Below are positions 28,802-38,200 of a DNA stretch of 64,000 nucleotides, piece after piece. Position numbers and translations under genes: made by a program. Under the pieces are notes generated by a model that ran no database searches, was not told where the DNA came from, and was given only the letters and a program-made list of their open reading frames with translations. Positions within the stretch are counted from its first letter, which is position 1; every line of letters starts with the position of its first letter. Origin of the DNA: a virus (lineage: Duplodnaviria; Caudoviricetes); IMG/VR virus record IMGVR_UViG_3300017761_005636, positions 14,693-78,692 of that record; one strand, 5' to 3'.

Positions 28802-29676
28802 TATGTAATTATTAGCATTAATTTATCACCAAAATTGATTCCATCATATCCTGCTCTTTTTGCAAAACCATTTAATCTATCCTTAATGAATTCGGCATGG
28901 ACTTTATTTACATCTGAAGCCATCTTTTTAATTTTTCCTGAGTCTTTTTCAAAACTAGGGTCAAGAATATACATAGCAGCTAAATAAAATGGGTCATATA
29001 AATCCATTTGTTCAACAGGTACATTTAAAAGTTTATCAAAAAGAATTTCATATTCTTTATCATAACCTTTGTCTTTTGTAAATGACATAATAAAACCTGA
29101 AGTATTTCCTTTATCAAAAGGTCTAACAGAATAAAGTGTTACTGCCTTATTGGTTACATCATCAAATGTTAATCTATCAGAAACTTCTTGTTGTTGTTGT
29201 TCTTTATCTGCCCCTAAATACTTTGCTTGAGGTTTTGACATACTACTCATTACCTTTTCAATAGGGTCAAGTATATTAAATGTACTTTGTGTTGTTATAC
29301 CAAATTCATTTTTAAATTCAATTCTATCTTGAATTTTATTCAATAATCTACAAGCATCTTGAGAATTCAAAAATATTTTATAACATTCTACTTTGTCAAT
29401 ATCTGGTCTTGATTGATATGCATATACTCTATGATGTCCATCTAATATATTGTTATTAGCATCAACCCAAGACTTTGGTAAATATTCATCATTATCAATA
29501 ACTCTATTAATATCATCAATTTTTGACTTCATAACCTTTTTCTGTAAAGGTTTCAAATAACTTGGTTCTACCATAACTTTTTTAACAATGATTCCACTAT
29601 CCTTTAATTCTTGAAGGATTTCATTAACATTATCATCTTTTACTTGTGGTAACCAAATTGGTTGAGCAGTATTCAT
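28801..29676 (-). CDS. ParB/Srx-like N-terminal domain protein with unknown C-terminal domain
   Basis: LKPLQ...WVDANNNILDGHHRVYA ParB-type motif; C-terminal AKRAGYDGI. Confidence 0.6.
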   Translation of the reverse strand: MNTAQPIWLPQVKDDNVNEILQELKDSGIIVKKVMVEPSYLKPLQKKVMKSKIDDINRVIDNDEYLPKSWVDANNNILDGHHRVYAYQSRPDIDKVECYKIFLNSQDACRLLNKIQDRIEFKNEFGITTQSTFNILDPIEKVMSSMSKPQAKYLGADKEQQQQEVSDRLTFDDVTNKAVTLYSVRPFDKGNTSGFIMSFTKDKGYDKEYEILFDKLLNVPVEQMDLYDPFYLAAMYILDPSFEKDSGKIKKMASDVNKVHAEFIKDRLNGFAKRAGYDGINFGDKLMLIIT

Positions 29677-29689
29677 GTATATATTTTTT

Positions 29690-29722
29690 AATAAATAGTA
29701 AATTCAAATCATACTATTTATA
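29690..29722. promoter_or_regulatory. Back-to-back ACTATTTAT motifs in a divergent intergenic region
   Basis: Minus ACTATTTATT (29699-29690) starts 23 nt before ATG 29676. Plus ACTATTTATA (29713-29722) starts 25 nt before ATG 29738. Confidence 0.65.
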
Positions 29723-29737
29723 TAAAATTATTTATCT

Positions 29738-30532
29738 ATGGAAAATGTTTCAAATTTAAAGGCAAAGCTAGATAGCTTATTGCCTAAAGTCGTGTCAGAC
29801 TATGTTGATTTACCTTCTGAAGGTTTGTTTTATGAGAGTGGTATTGATAAGTTGATGGTTGAATATATGACCGCTTCTGATGAACAATATCTTCTTTCTG
29901 AAAACTATATCAAGAATGGTACAGGTATGGAATTATTAGCAAAAAACAAAATCAAAGACCCTGAATTCAATTCAAATATGCGTGTTGAAGACTTACTAAC
30001 AGGTGATTTAGATGCTGTTCTATTGTTTTTAAGAAGATTTGCTTATGGTGATGATTATCCTGTTCAAGTTCGTGATACAGATGGAAAAATGTTTGATACT
30101 GTAGTAAAATTATCAGAAATTAAATATAAAGAAGTTGTAAGACCTGATAATATTGATTTAACATATAATTTTAAATTACCATTATGTAAAATTGATTTAA
30201 CTTTCAAACTTTTAACTTATGGTGAAAAGAAAAAGTTAGACCAAAGATTAGAAAAAATTTCAAAGTATAAAAGTGATTCTCCAATTTTTGAAATACAAGA
30301 AAGAATTATTGCTCAAATACAAACAATAGCAGGTGAGTCTGATAGAAATTTTATTGAGAAATTTGTTAAACTTATGCCACCGATAGACTCGTTGGATTTA
30401 AGAACGTATATATTAAGTGTAGAACCTGGGTTAGATTACAATTATGAATTTGAAGGCAAATTCACAGGGGACTTTTTTCGTCAGAAATTTACCCTTGGTT
30501 TCGACTTTTTTTATCCAAGAGCAAAAGTATGA
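29738..30532 (+). CDS. Baseplate hub / tail assembly chaperone (T4 gp26-like)
   Basis: VDLPSEGLFY, MTASDEQYL, DLLTGDLDAVLLFLRRFAYG and a C-terminal LGFDFFYP. Confidence 0.8.
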   Translation: MENVSNLKAKLDSLLPKVVSDYVDLPSEGLFYESGIDKLMVEYMTASDEQYLLSENYIKNGTGMELLAKNKIKDPEFNSNMRVEDLLTGDLDAVLLFLRRFAYGDDYPVQVRDTDGKMFDTVVKLSEIKYKEVVRPDNIDLTYNFKLPLCKIDLTFKLLTYGEKKKLDQRLEKISKYKSDSPIFEIQERIIAQIQTIAGESDRNFIEKFVKLMPPIDSLDLRTYILSVEPGLDYNYEFEGKFTGDFFRQKFTLGFDFFYPRAKV

Positions 30533-30704
30533 GGAAGTTATAGCACACGAAGTTAACTTTCTTGTTGAAAGTAAATATTCTTATAATGATATTTTATATA
30601 CAATGCCTGTATATATGCGTAAAAATATAATTTCAATACTTTTAGAAAGAAATCAAAAGTTATTGAAAGAAAAAGAAAGAGCAGCAGGTTACAAAGATAT
30701 TTAA
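30444..30704 (+). CDS. Overlapping +1-frame ORF, chaperone extension (lambda GT / T4 gp51-like)
   Basis: EVNFLVESKYSYNDILYTMPVYMRK resembles the short chaperone partners. It overlaps the upstream gene by 89 nt, so the true start is uncertain and it may be reached by frameshift. Confidence 0.55.
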   Translation: MNLKANSQGTFFVRNLPLVSTFFIQEQKYEEVIAHEVNFLVESKYSYNDILYTMPVYMRKNIISILLERNQKLLKEKERAAGYKDI

Positions 30705-30728
30705 TTCTATTTATATTAAAAATGTAAT

Positions 30729-31589
30729 ATGAAGATATTATCTTATAAAATATTAAGTGAAGCCGCATTTGGTGATATTAAAACTATAGCAAAGCTAAAA
30801 TTATTAACAAAACAAGGAGGTAATCCAACTTATAGTTTAACATATTTTAAATATTTGGTTAAAATTACTTTTGGAATTTCACCAATAAATGATGATGTTA
30901 AAAATTTTATATCGCCAACTTTTGCAGTAAATTTTGAGGGTAATAAAATGTTTTTATATCCTTGGTATAGCGAACAGGTAGCAGCATTAGAAGAAACAAA
31001 TGCTAAAAAATGGGGTAGTTTAGAGTTGTATGATTTAAATGATGAAACTGCTATACAAGACATTGAAGGATATTTTTTAAACCCATCAGCCTTAGAATTT
31101 AGATTTCATTTTGAGGTTGGTGATACCACTATATTTAATCAGGCAAATAAATTATATAGATTTGCTAATCTTGATTTTTTATCAAATTTTCAAGGTGGTC
31201 CATCAGCAGCTTTTAAAATAAAAATGACAAATACAATTATGCGTGATTTGTCAATTTCAAGGAATCAACAAAGTAATGTAAGTAATAAGTATGCTATTGA
31301 TATAGAACTTGACCCTGCAATATCAGGAGTTACTAATCCTGTTACAGGAAATTATAAAATTATATTTAATAATACAAGAAGCCCACTTGGAACTATACAA
31401 GGTTTTCCCAATGTATCATCATTTGGAAAAGTTAATAGTGGTGCTGTAAATTTTTATATTTATACACAACAACCATTTACTACAACACCTAATACAGATG
31501 TAGAATGTCATGTTGTTCATTATGACAATAATTCATGGAAAAAAACAGGCAAAATAAAATATAAAATAAACTCATTATCTCAAATCTAA
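30729..31589 (+). CDS. Hypothetical protein (probably virion)
   Basis: 286-aa ORF between chaperone and tape measure; TCTATTTATA motif variant at 30706-30715. Confidence 0.55.
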   Translation: MKILSYKILSEAAFGDIKTIAKLKLLTKQGGNPTYSLTYFKYLVKITFGISPINDDVKNFISPTFAVNFEGNKMFLYPWYSEQVAALEETNAKKWGSLELYDLNDETAIQDIEGYFLNPSALEFRFHFEVGDTTIFNQANKLYRFANLDFLSNFQGGPSAAFKIKMTNTIMRDLSISRNQQSNVSNKYAIDIELDPAISGVTNPVTGNYKIIFNNTRSPLGTIQGFPNVSSFGKVNSGAVNFYIYTQQPFTTTPNTDVECHVVHYDNNSWKKTGKIKYKINSLSQI

Positions 31590-31600
31590 TAATTTAAAAT

Positions 31601-34123
31601 ATGGCAATGACACCTGAAGAAATATTGAGTACATCAATACAAAATCTTAATACTGCTGAACAATTAAGTCAAGTATATGAACGTCTTAGTGGTATTTTAG
31701 AAGACCAAAATAAGTCAATAAGTAGCTATGAAAATGCACAAAAAATAATTAAAGAATATAAAAAAAATGAATTATTATTTACTACTCAAATAGAAAAAGC
31801 AGAAGCCGAAATACTTAAACTAACAGGTTCAATACTTGATACGGACATTGAAAGATTAAGATTATTAAATGAAGAAGTAAAATCATATCAAAAACAAAAA
31901 ACACTATTAATACAGAATAGGGAAGCACTTGAAGAAAATAGTAATATTATAGAAGCTTATCGTACTGATTTATATGAACAAGCAAAAAGTTGGGCAAAAC
32001 AAGAATTTGGAATTAGAAGTATGTCTTCATATTTAATGACAGTTGATAAACAAATAAAAGGCTTAACATTAAATTTAGGATTATCGGGAAATAGGGCTGA
32101 ATCATTAAGAGAGCAAATGTATGAAGCAACAAATGCCGCACAAAGGTTTGGTGCTTCTGCTGCTGATATTGTTGAAATACAAAGTAAAGTTAATGAATTA
32201 ACTGGAAGAGCAACTGTTTTTAATGAAAAACAAGTTGCAAATATGGTTTTAATTGCCAAGGGAACAGGTATGGCAAATCAAGAAGCAGGACAATTTGTTG
32301 GTAATATGTTATCACTTGGTTCATCTGTTGAAGATGCGACTAAATTAATTGAAGATACTGTAAATGAAACTGCCAAACTTGGATTAAATTCTTCAAATGT
32401 TTTAAAAGGAATAACAGCAAATATTGGCAATCTTAATAAGTATAGATTCCAAAATGGTGTTGAAGGATTAAAGAAAATGGTTCAATCATCTGAGAAATTT
32501 AAATTTTCAATTGATGGTGCTTTTGCTGCTGCTGAAAAGTTTAGAACTCTTGAAGGGTTACTTGAAGCAGGTGCTAATTTAAGGGTATTGGGTGGTGAAT
32601 TTGCTAAAATGGATGAATTTAAACTTTCATTCCTTGCAAGAAATAAACCCGAAGAGTTTGCTGTTGAAATGGCTAAACTTACAAAAGGTATGGCTAGTTT
32701 CAATAAAGAGACAGGTGTTTTTGATGTCGCTGATGTTGATATGGATAAATTTAGGTCTGTTGCAGAATTAACAGGTCAAGAAGTTGGTAAGTTGGTAGAG
32801 TCAACAAAAGAAATGGCTAAAATTGACCTTGCAAAAAGTCAAATATTTGTTGGTGATGATGCTGATAGAGAAATGATAGCAAAGTTGGCTTCCTTTGGTA
32901 AAGGTTCAACAATAGGTACAATTGAAATAGGTGATAAGAATGTAAGAATAGACCAACTAACAAGTGACCAATTAGAAATATTGAGACAAACACAAAAAAC
33001 ATTAAAACAAAGGGCAGAAGATTCTCAAACATTTGGTGAAACATTTGAAAATACAATTATGCAGTTGAAGTCTACATTGTTACCAATATTAGATGCTATA
33101 AATTATGTTTTAAAAGGTTTTAATAAAATTATAGATGTTTTCAGAAATGAAACTACAGGAAAAATGAATAAGATTGGACTTGTTATACCTGCCGCAATTT
33201 TATTATTATCAACTGGTATTGTAGGTATTTTAACAAAAATGGTACTTAGAATACCTTCTCTTTTAAGTAATGTTTTATCAAAAATTCCTGTTTTGGGTAA
33301 TTTATTTGGGAAAGGAACAGGGCCAGTAGCAGCTACTACCCCTTTAAGTGGTGGACAGGCTTTGGGTTCAGGTTTGGGTGGTGCTGCAAAAATGGCTGCA
33401 ATAGGTGTTGCGGCAGTTGGTATTGGTTTTGGTTTTAAAATGGCTGCTGAAGGTGCTGCCTCACTTTCTGATTCAATAAGTAAATTAACAGGACCGCAAT
33501 TAACTGCATTAACAGATTCACTAAAAACTCTTGGTTTTTTATTAGGGGGAACTCTTGTAGTGGGTGTTTTAGCATTGGGTGCTGCAACTACTGCAACTTC
33601 CTATGGATTACTTGCTTTTGGTGCTGCTGCATTGATGGTGGGCGCAGGTATTGGATTGGCAGCTATGGGTATTGGTGAAATGGCTAAAGGTTTTTCAACA
33701 CTTGGTAATGTTGATTTAACTAAGGTTGGTTTGGGAATGATGGGTATTGCAGGTGCGGCTTTAATGTTGGCTAATCCTATAGCGATGCTTGGTTTGGCTT
33801 CTATTGGGGTTGCTTTAGCAGGGATAAGCGCACTTAATTTTGATAATGTCATGCCATTGCAAAATTTAAAATTTATTGATGCCGATATAAAAAATATGAA
33901 AATGATGGTCGATTTATTGAATAAGATAAATTCCATTGATACAAGTAAACTTGATGCTCTTGGTAAACTATTTTCAGAGGGTACTATGAAAGTGGAACTA
34001 GTTGGTTCTCCGACAATTAACAATATGATTACTGTTGATGTTGATGGGGAGAAGTTCTATAAGAAGGTAAAACAAATGATACCAATTCAGATTAAAAAAG
34101 GTGTTCAACCGCAGGGTGGGTAA
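31601..34123 (+). CDS. Tail tape measure protein
   Basis: Long helical coiled-coil N-terminus, Gly/Ala-rich hydrophobic C-terminal segments, position after the chaperone. Confidence 0.85.
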   Translation: MAMTPEEILSTSIQNLNTAEQLSQVYERLSGILEDQNKSISSYENAQKIIKEYKKNELLFTTQIEKAEAEILKLTGSILDTDIERLRLLNEEVKSYQKQKTLLIQNREALEENSNIIEAYRTDLYEQAKSWAKQEFGIRSMSSYLMTVDKQIKGLTLNLGLSGNRAESLREQMYEATNAAQRFGASAADIVEIQSKVNELTGRATVFNEKQVANMVLIAKGTGMANQEAGQFVGNMLSLGSSVEDATKLIEDTVNETAKLGLNSSNVLKGITANIGNLNKYRFQNGVEGLKKMVQSSEKFKFSIDGAFAAAEKFRTLEGLLEAGANLRVLGGEFAKMDEFKLSFLARNKPEEFAVEMAKLTKGMASFNKETGVFDVADVDMDKFRSVAELTGQEVGKLVESTKEMAKIDLAKSQIFVGDDADREMIAKLASFGKGSTIGTIEIGDKNVRIDQLTSDQLEILRQTQKTLKQRAEDSQTFGETFENTIMQLKSTLLPILDAINYVLKGFNKIIDVFRNETTGKMNKIGLVIPAAILLLSTGIVGILTKMVLRIPSLLSNVLSKIPVLGNLFGKGTGPVAATTPLSGGQALGSGLGGAAKMAAIGVAAVGIGFGFKMAAEGAASLSDSISKLTGPQLTALTDSLKTLGFLLGGTLVVGVLALGAATTATSYGLLAFGAAALMVGAGIGLAAMGIGEMAKGFSTLGNVDLTKVGLGMMGIAGAALMLANPIAMLGLASIGVALAGISALNFDNVMPLQNLKFIDADIKNMKMMVDLLNKINSIDTSKLDALGKLFSEGTMKVELVGSPTINNMITVDVDGEKFYKKVKQMIPIQIKKGVQPQGG

Positions 34124-34203
34124 TTATTTGTCAAAATAAAGTCTATATTTGGTTTCAATAGTTTTTGGCTTTGAATACGATTAAAATTTTTGAAAGGACA
34201 CAT

Positions 34204-35094
34204 ATGCACATTCCGTTACAGATGATGGGATGTATTATGTCTTCTTCAACATATAATTTTAACGAGTTCAAGACCTATCTAAGTTTTGCATTCAGGACTT
34301 CTGGCAATTGTAAATTAAATAATACGATTAAGGAAAGGGTATGTAACCATCTTGATATTAGTCAAAGAACGCTTAATAAACATATAAAATCTTTAATTGA
34401 AAAGGGATACTTTGGATATAATTCAAAGACAAATATACTTTTTATAAATGGTTTATCAAAAATCAAAAAGTTAGTGTTTATTAATAATGATTACAATGAA
34501 CGTATTTTAGGTAAGACAAGTTTTAAATTAGATATATCTGATTTTGATAAATTAAAGTTTTTAACGTTTAGTGCAATGGAACAATATATTCTTTTGCGAC
34601 AATCTAAGTACAAAAATAGATTGAAACTTGAAGAATATTTAGTTGACAACAATTTAATAGAACGTTATGAGAATGGGAACGAATCAACAAAGACCAATCT
34701 AAAAAAAATCTATCGGACAGAAAAGAAAACCAAAGGAGATTCAATGAAAAAGGAAAATCCCAACCGCTTTGGTTTAAATCTTTTTACAGATGATAGAGAT
34801 TATTTAGGTGTTTCAAACTCTTTTATTTCTGATAAATTTAATAGAACTAAATCATGGGGTTCTAAGATTAAAAAGAAATCAAGTTCATTAGGACTATTAG
34901 AGTACAATAAGAAATCAATATTTGTTGATTCTTTTCCATCTACATTTAATGTTAGGAGATATTTATCAATTAATAGTCCTGTTAAATATGGTAGATACTT
35001 TACAAGAAAAGATAATGATACAATTCTAGTATTTGAAACAGGATATGATGAAATCATTAGTAATGTTAAGTTAACTACAAGAAGAAGTAAATAA
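34204..35094 (+). CDS. Basic winged-HTH DNA-binding protein (replication-initiator-like or mobile)
   Basis: RVCNHLDISQRTLNKHIKSLIEKGYF HTH; Lys/Arg-rich. Start uncertain (TTG 34165 or ATG 34204). Confidence 0.55.
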   Translation: MHIPLQMMGCIMSSSTYNFNEFKTYLSFAFRTSGNCKLNNTIKERVCNHLDISQRTLNKHIKSLIEKGYFGYNSKTNILFINGLSKIKKLVFINNDYNERILGKTSFKLDISDFDKLKFLTFSAMEQYILLRQSKYKNRLKLEEYLVDNNLIERYENGNESTKTNLKKIYRTEKKTKGDSMKKENPNRFGLNLFTDDRDYLGVSNSFISDKFNRTKSWGSKIKKKSSSLGLLEYNKKSIFVDSFPSTFNVRRYLSINSPVKYGRYFTRKDNDTILVFETGYDEIISNVKLTTRRSK

Positions 35095-35227
35095 TGATTT
35101 TTTGGAAAATTTGGAAACCATATATAAAAGGAAATTATTAAATACTAATATATAGAAACTATTTATTAGAAATATATAATACTTTATTATAAATATTATA
35201 TTATCAATATTCTATTATCAATACTCT

Positions 35228-38200
35228 ATGGCTGATATCAATTTTAATTTAATAGACCCTAATAATGAAATACTAAAAGGAACTCCTTGGTATGATATTA
35301 ATAGCACTAATCCATTATTAGCAGATGGATATAAAACTAATGGTATACCTAGATTTGAAGATATAAGGTCTTTTGTTGAGTTTTCAATGAGACCAAAGAA
35401 TGCAAATTACATTGAAATAACTAATCAAAGAATCACAAGTAATGCAGCTATTTCTGATGATAATAATATTATCTTAGGTGGATATTATAAAAGAAAAGAT
35501 AGTAAAGGAAATGTTATTCAATCTTATTATTCAACAAATTATACTGATGAAATAATGGGTAGTAATGTTGAACAAAAAGAATATGAAGGTTTTGGAATTA
35601 AAAGTATTGATATAGTGTTTGATGCTAATAAAATACCTCAAGTTTCAGTTGTTTTTTATGATTTAAGAGGAAATGTATTAAATGATTTTAATAGTAAGTT
35701 TGCTAAAATGTTTCAATTACCTTATCCAGTTTTTCAACTAAGAATTAAAGGAGGTTTTGGACCATTGATAAAGTTTAGACTTCAAAAAATTAAAGATGAT
35801 ATATCTGTTGATGAATCAGGTAATTTTATTATTAATAGTAAATTTATTGGTGATAAATTCGCACCATTAAGTGATGTTCCATTACAATATTTAAATACTG
35901 TTTCTTATTTTGATGATAAAACAATTGATTTACTTGATAATCAAATTAAATCATTTCAAGATTTAATTGTATCTTCAAGAAGATTATATGAAAAAGCAAA
36001 TCAAGTACTTGAATCAGACCAAGAAAATGCAAATAAAGAAGATTTAAAAAAAATAACTGAAAAAAGAAGTACAATATTTGGTATTTATAGTAATATATCT
36101 GATATAATAAAATTTAAATCACTCTTTACAAAAGAAACAATAAAAGAAACAATTCAAACAATAAAACCTGATGAAATTAATTCAATTATTAATTATATTG
36201 CTCAAACAACAATATTAAAAGACAGTAACAAAATTTCATTTGTTAATCAAACCATAACTATAGATAATAATAATAATTTAGTTAATCCACCATTAACAGA
36301 AACTTCTTTTTATGTAATCAATAAAATTGTAATCAATTATATTAATACAATTAACACTAATATTAAATCAGCAGGATTTCCTTCAACCATTTCAGTTTTT
36401 CCTTTTAAAACTTTTACTCCAAGAATTGATATTGCTTTTATACCAATTTTTTTAAACCAAATAAACATTATAAATAATATTGATTTTAATGCTATAGCAA
36501 CTGAACTTAAAAATATAGATAATCAAATTAAAGAATCTGCCGTTAAAGGTAATGATGAACTTAATAGAAAAATGAGGGCATTAACAAAACAAGTTTTAGG
36601 TGACACAAAATTGACCATTGGGACTGTTTTTAAATTTATGATTGATGATTATAATGCATTAATGAAATTAGTTAAAAAAGCAGGTGATGATGGAGGTGCA
36701 AATAATCTTAGATTTGGTATTGACACATATGATAAAATTGGTTTTCCAAAAGTAATAGATACAATAGATGGTGTTGGTACATTAATATACCCTGGTTCAA
36801 AACCTCAATTTCAAGATTGGCCCGAAGTTAAATTTATTGAAGACTTTATAAAAGCATATTCAAAAGCATTAATTAATAATGAACTTACAACACTTTTAAA
36901 TTCAAAGAATGAGGATGGTTCAAGTAGATATATACCTATAAACCCAAGAGAAGTTTATCAACTAACAAGAGATAATTCACCAAGTTCTGATATATTAAAT
37001 GAACCAAAAAATGTTTATTTTAATAAATCAGCAGAAGAAATATGTCAATTAATTTATGAAAGATTTTTAATTCTTACAAATATTAATGCAGTTATTACAA
37101 CAAATGATTATCAAAGTTGGAATAACGGTTCACAGTCTCAAACATTTCTTGGTTTTTTTAAAGATGTTTTTGGAAAATTAGACCTTAGTGATGACGATGT
37201 ACAAAAACAACAATTCCTATCAACAATTCAAATTGAAGCAAGAAATATTGCATATGCTGTTGCGGCTTCAGAACAAAAAGTAAAAGATTATTTTAAAAAT
37301 CTTAATACTAATTTTAATGATGATTTTTTAACAAGGAATCCGAAAGATATAATAACAAAAGGTATTATTAATCCATCTAATAATAATTTAATTAATATGG
37401 GTAAAGCATATCTCGAAAATATTATAACATTTGGCTCTCTTGATTATAATTATATAACAGTTGCAAGTGTAAAACCTCAATTAATAAATACCGATGGTCA
37501 AGAATCAGATGTTATAAGTATATATATGAAATCTGTTACAGAAGAATTAAAAGATTTTGACCAAGTAAAAATTACAAAAGATAATATTTTTTATTTTCCT
37601 GATTCTTTATTATCTGAAAAGGGTAATGAAAGTGATTATGATAAAGTTTCAGGATTTGGTTCTGTATTTGGTCTTGCATATCAAAAAAGAGATAAGAAAA
37701 AAATAGAGATAATTTATCAAAATATTGGGGATAAAGTATATGGGTGTTTTGATGTTAGTAAATTTATTAAAAACATAAAAACAACAGGTTTATATCAAGT
37801 ACCAAGAGGTATTTTGGTTATATTAGGTTCAATATTAAAAACCTATTATAATACTCTTCTTAGTGAAGAAAAAATTAGACAAGAAATGTATAATCTAAAT
37901 TTTGGTAATATGAATATTATTGATGATATTGATACAATAAAAATCATTAGGAATAGTTCATTTTTTAAATATCTTTATGAAGAAGCTGAAGACTTTGAAG
38001 AAGCCTTTCCATCATATGTATCAACTTTTTTTAGAGATTCTAATAATGTTTTTGCCCCTAATCAAGGTTTTAAACTTACACTACCCCAAGGTACTATAGT
38101 TACACCAGAAGAGACTGATAAACTTATTGCTTATATGTATCAAAAAAGATATGTAAGCATTAATGACATACAAGCAACAACAATATATAATAAAAATTAT

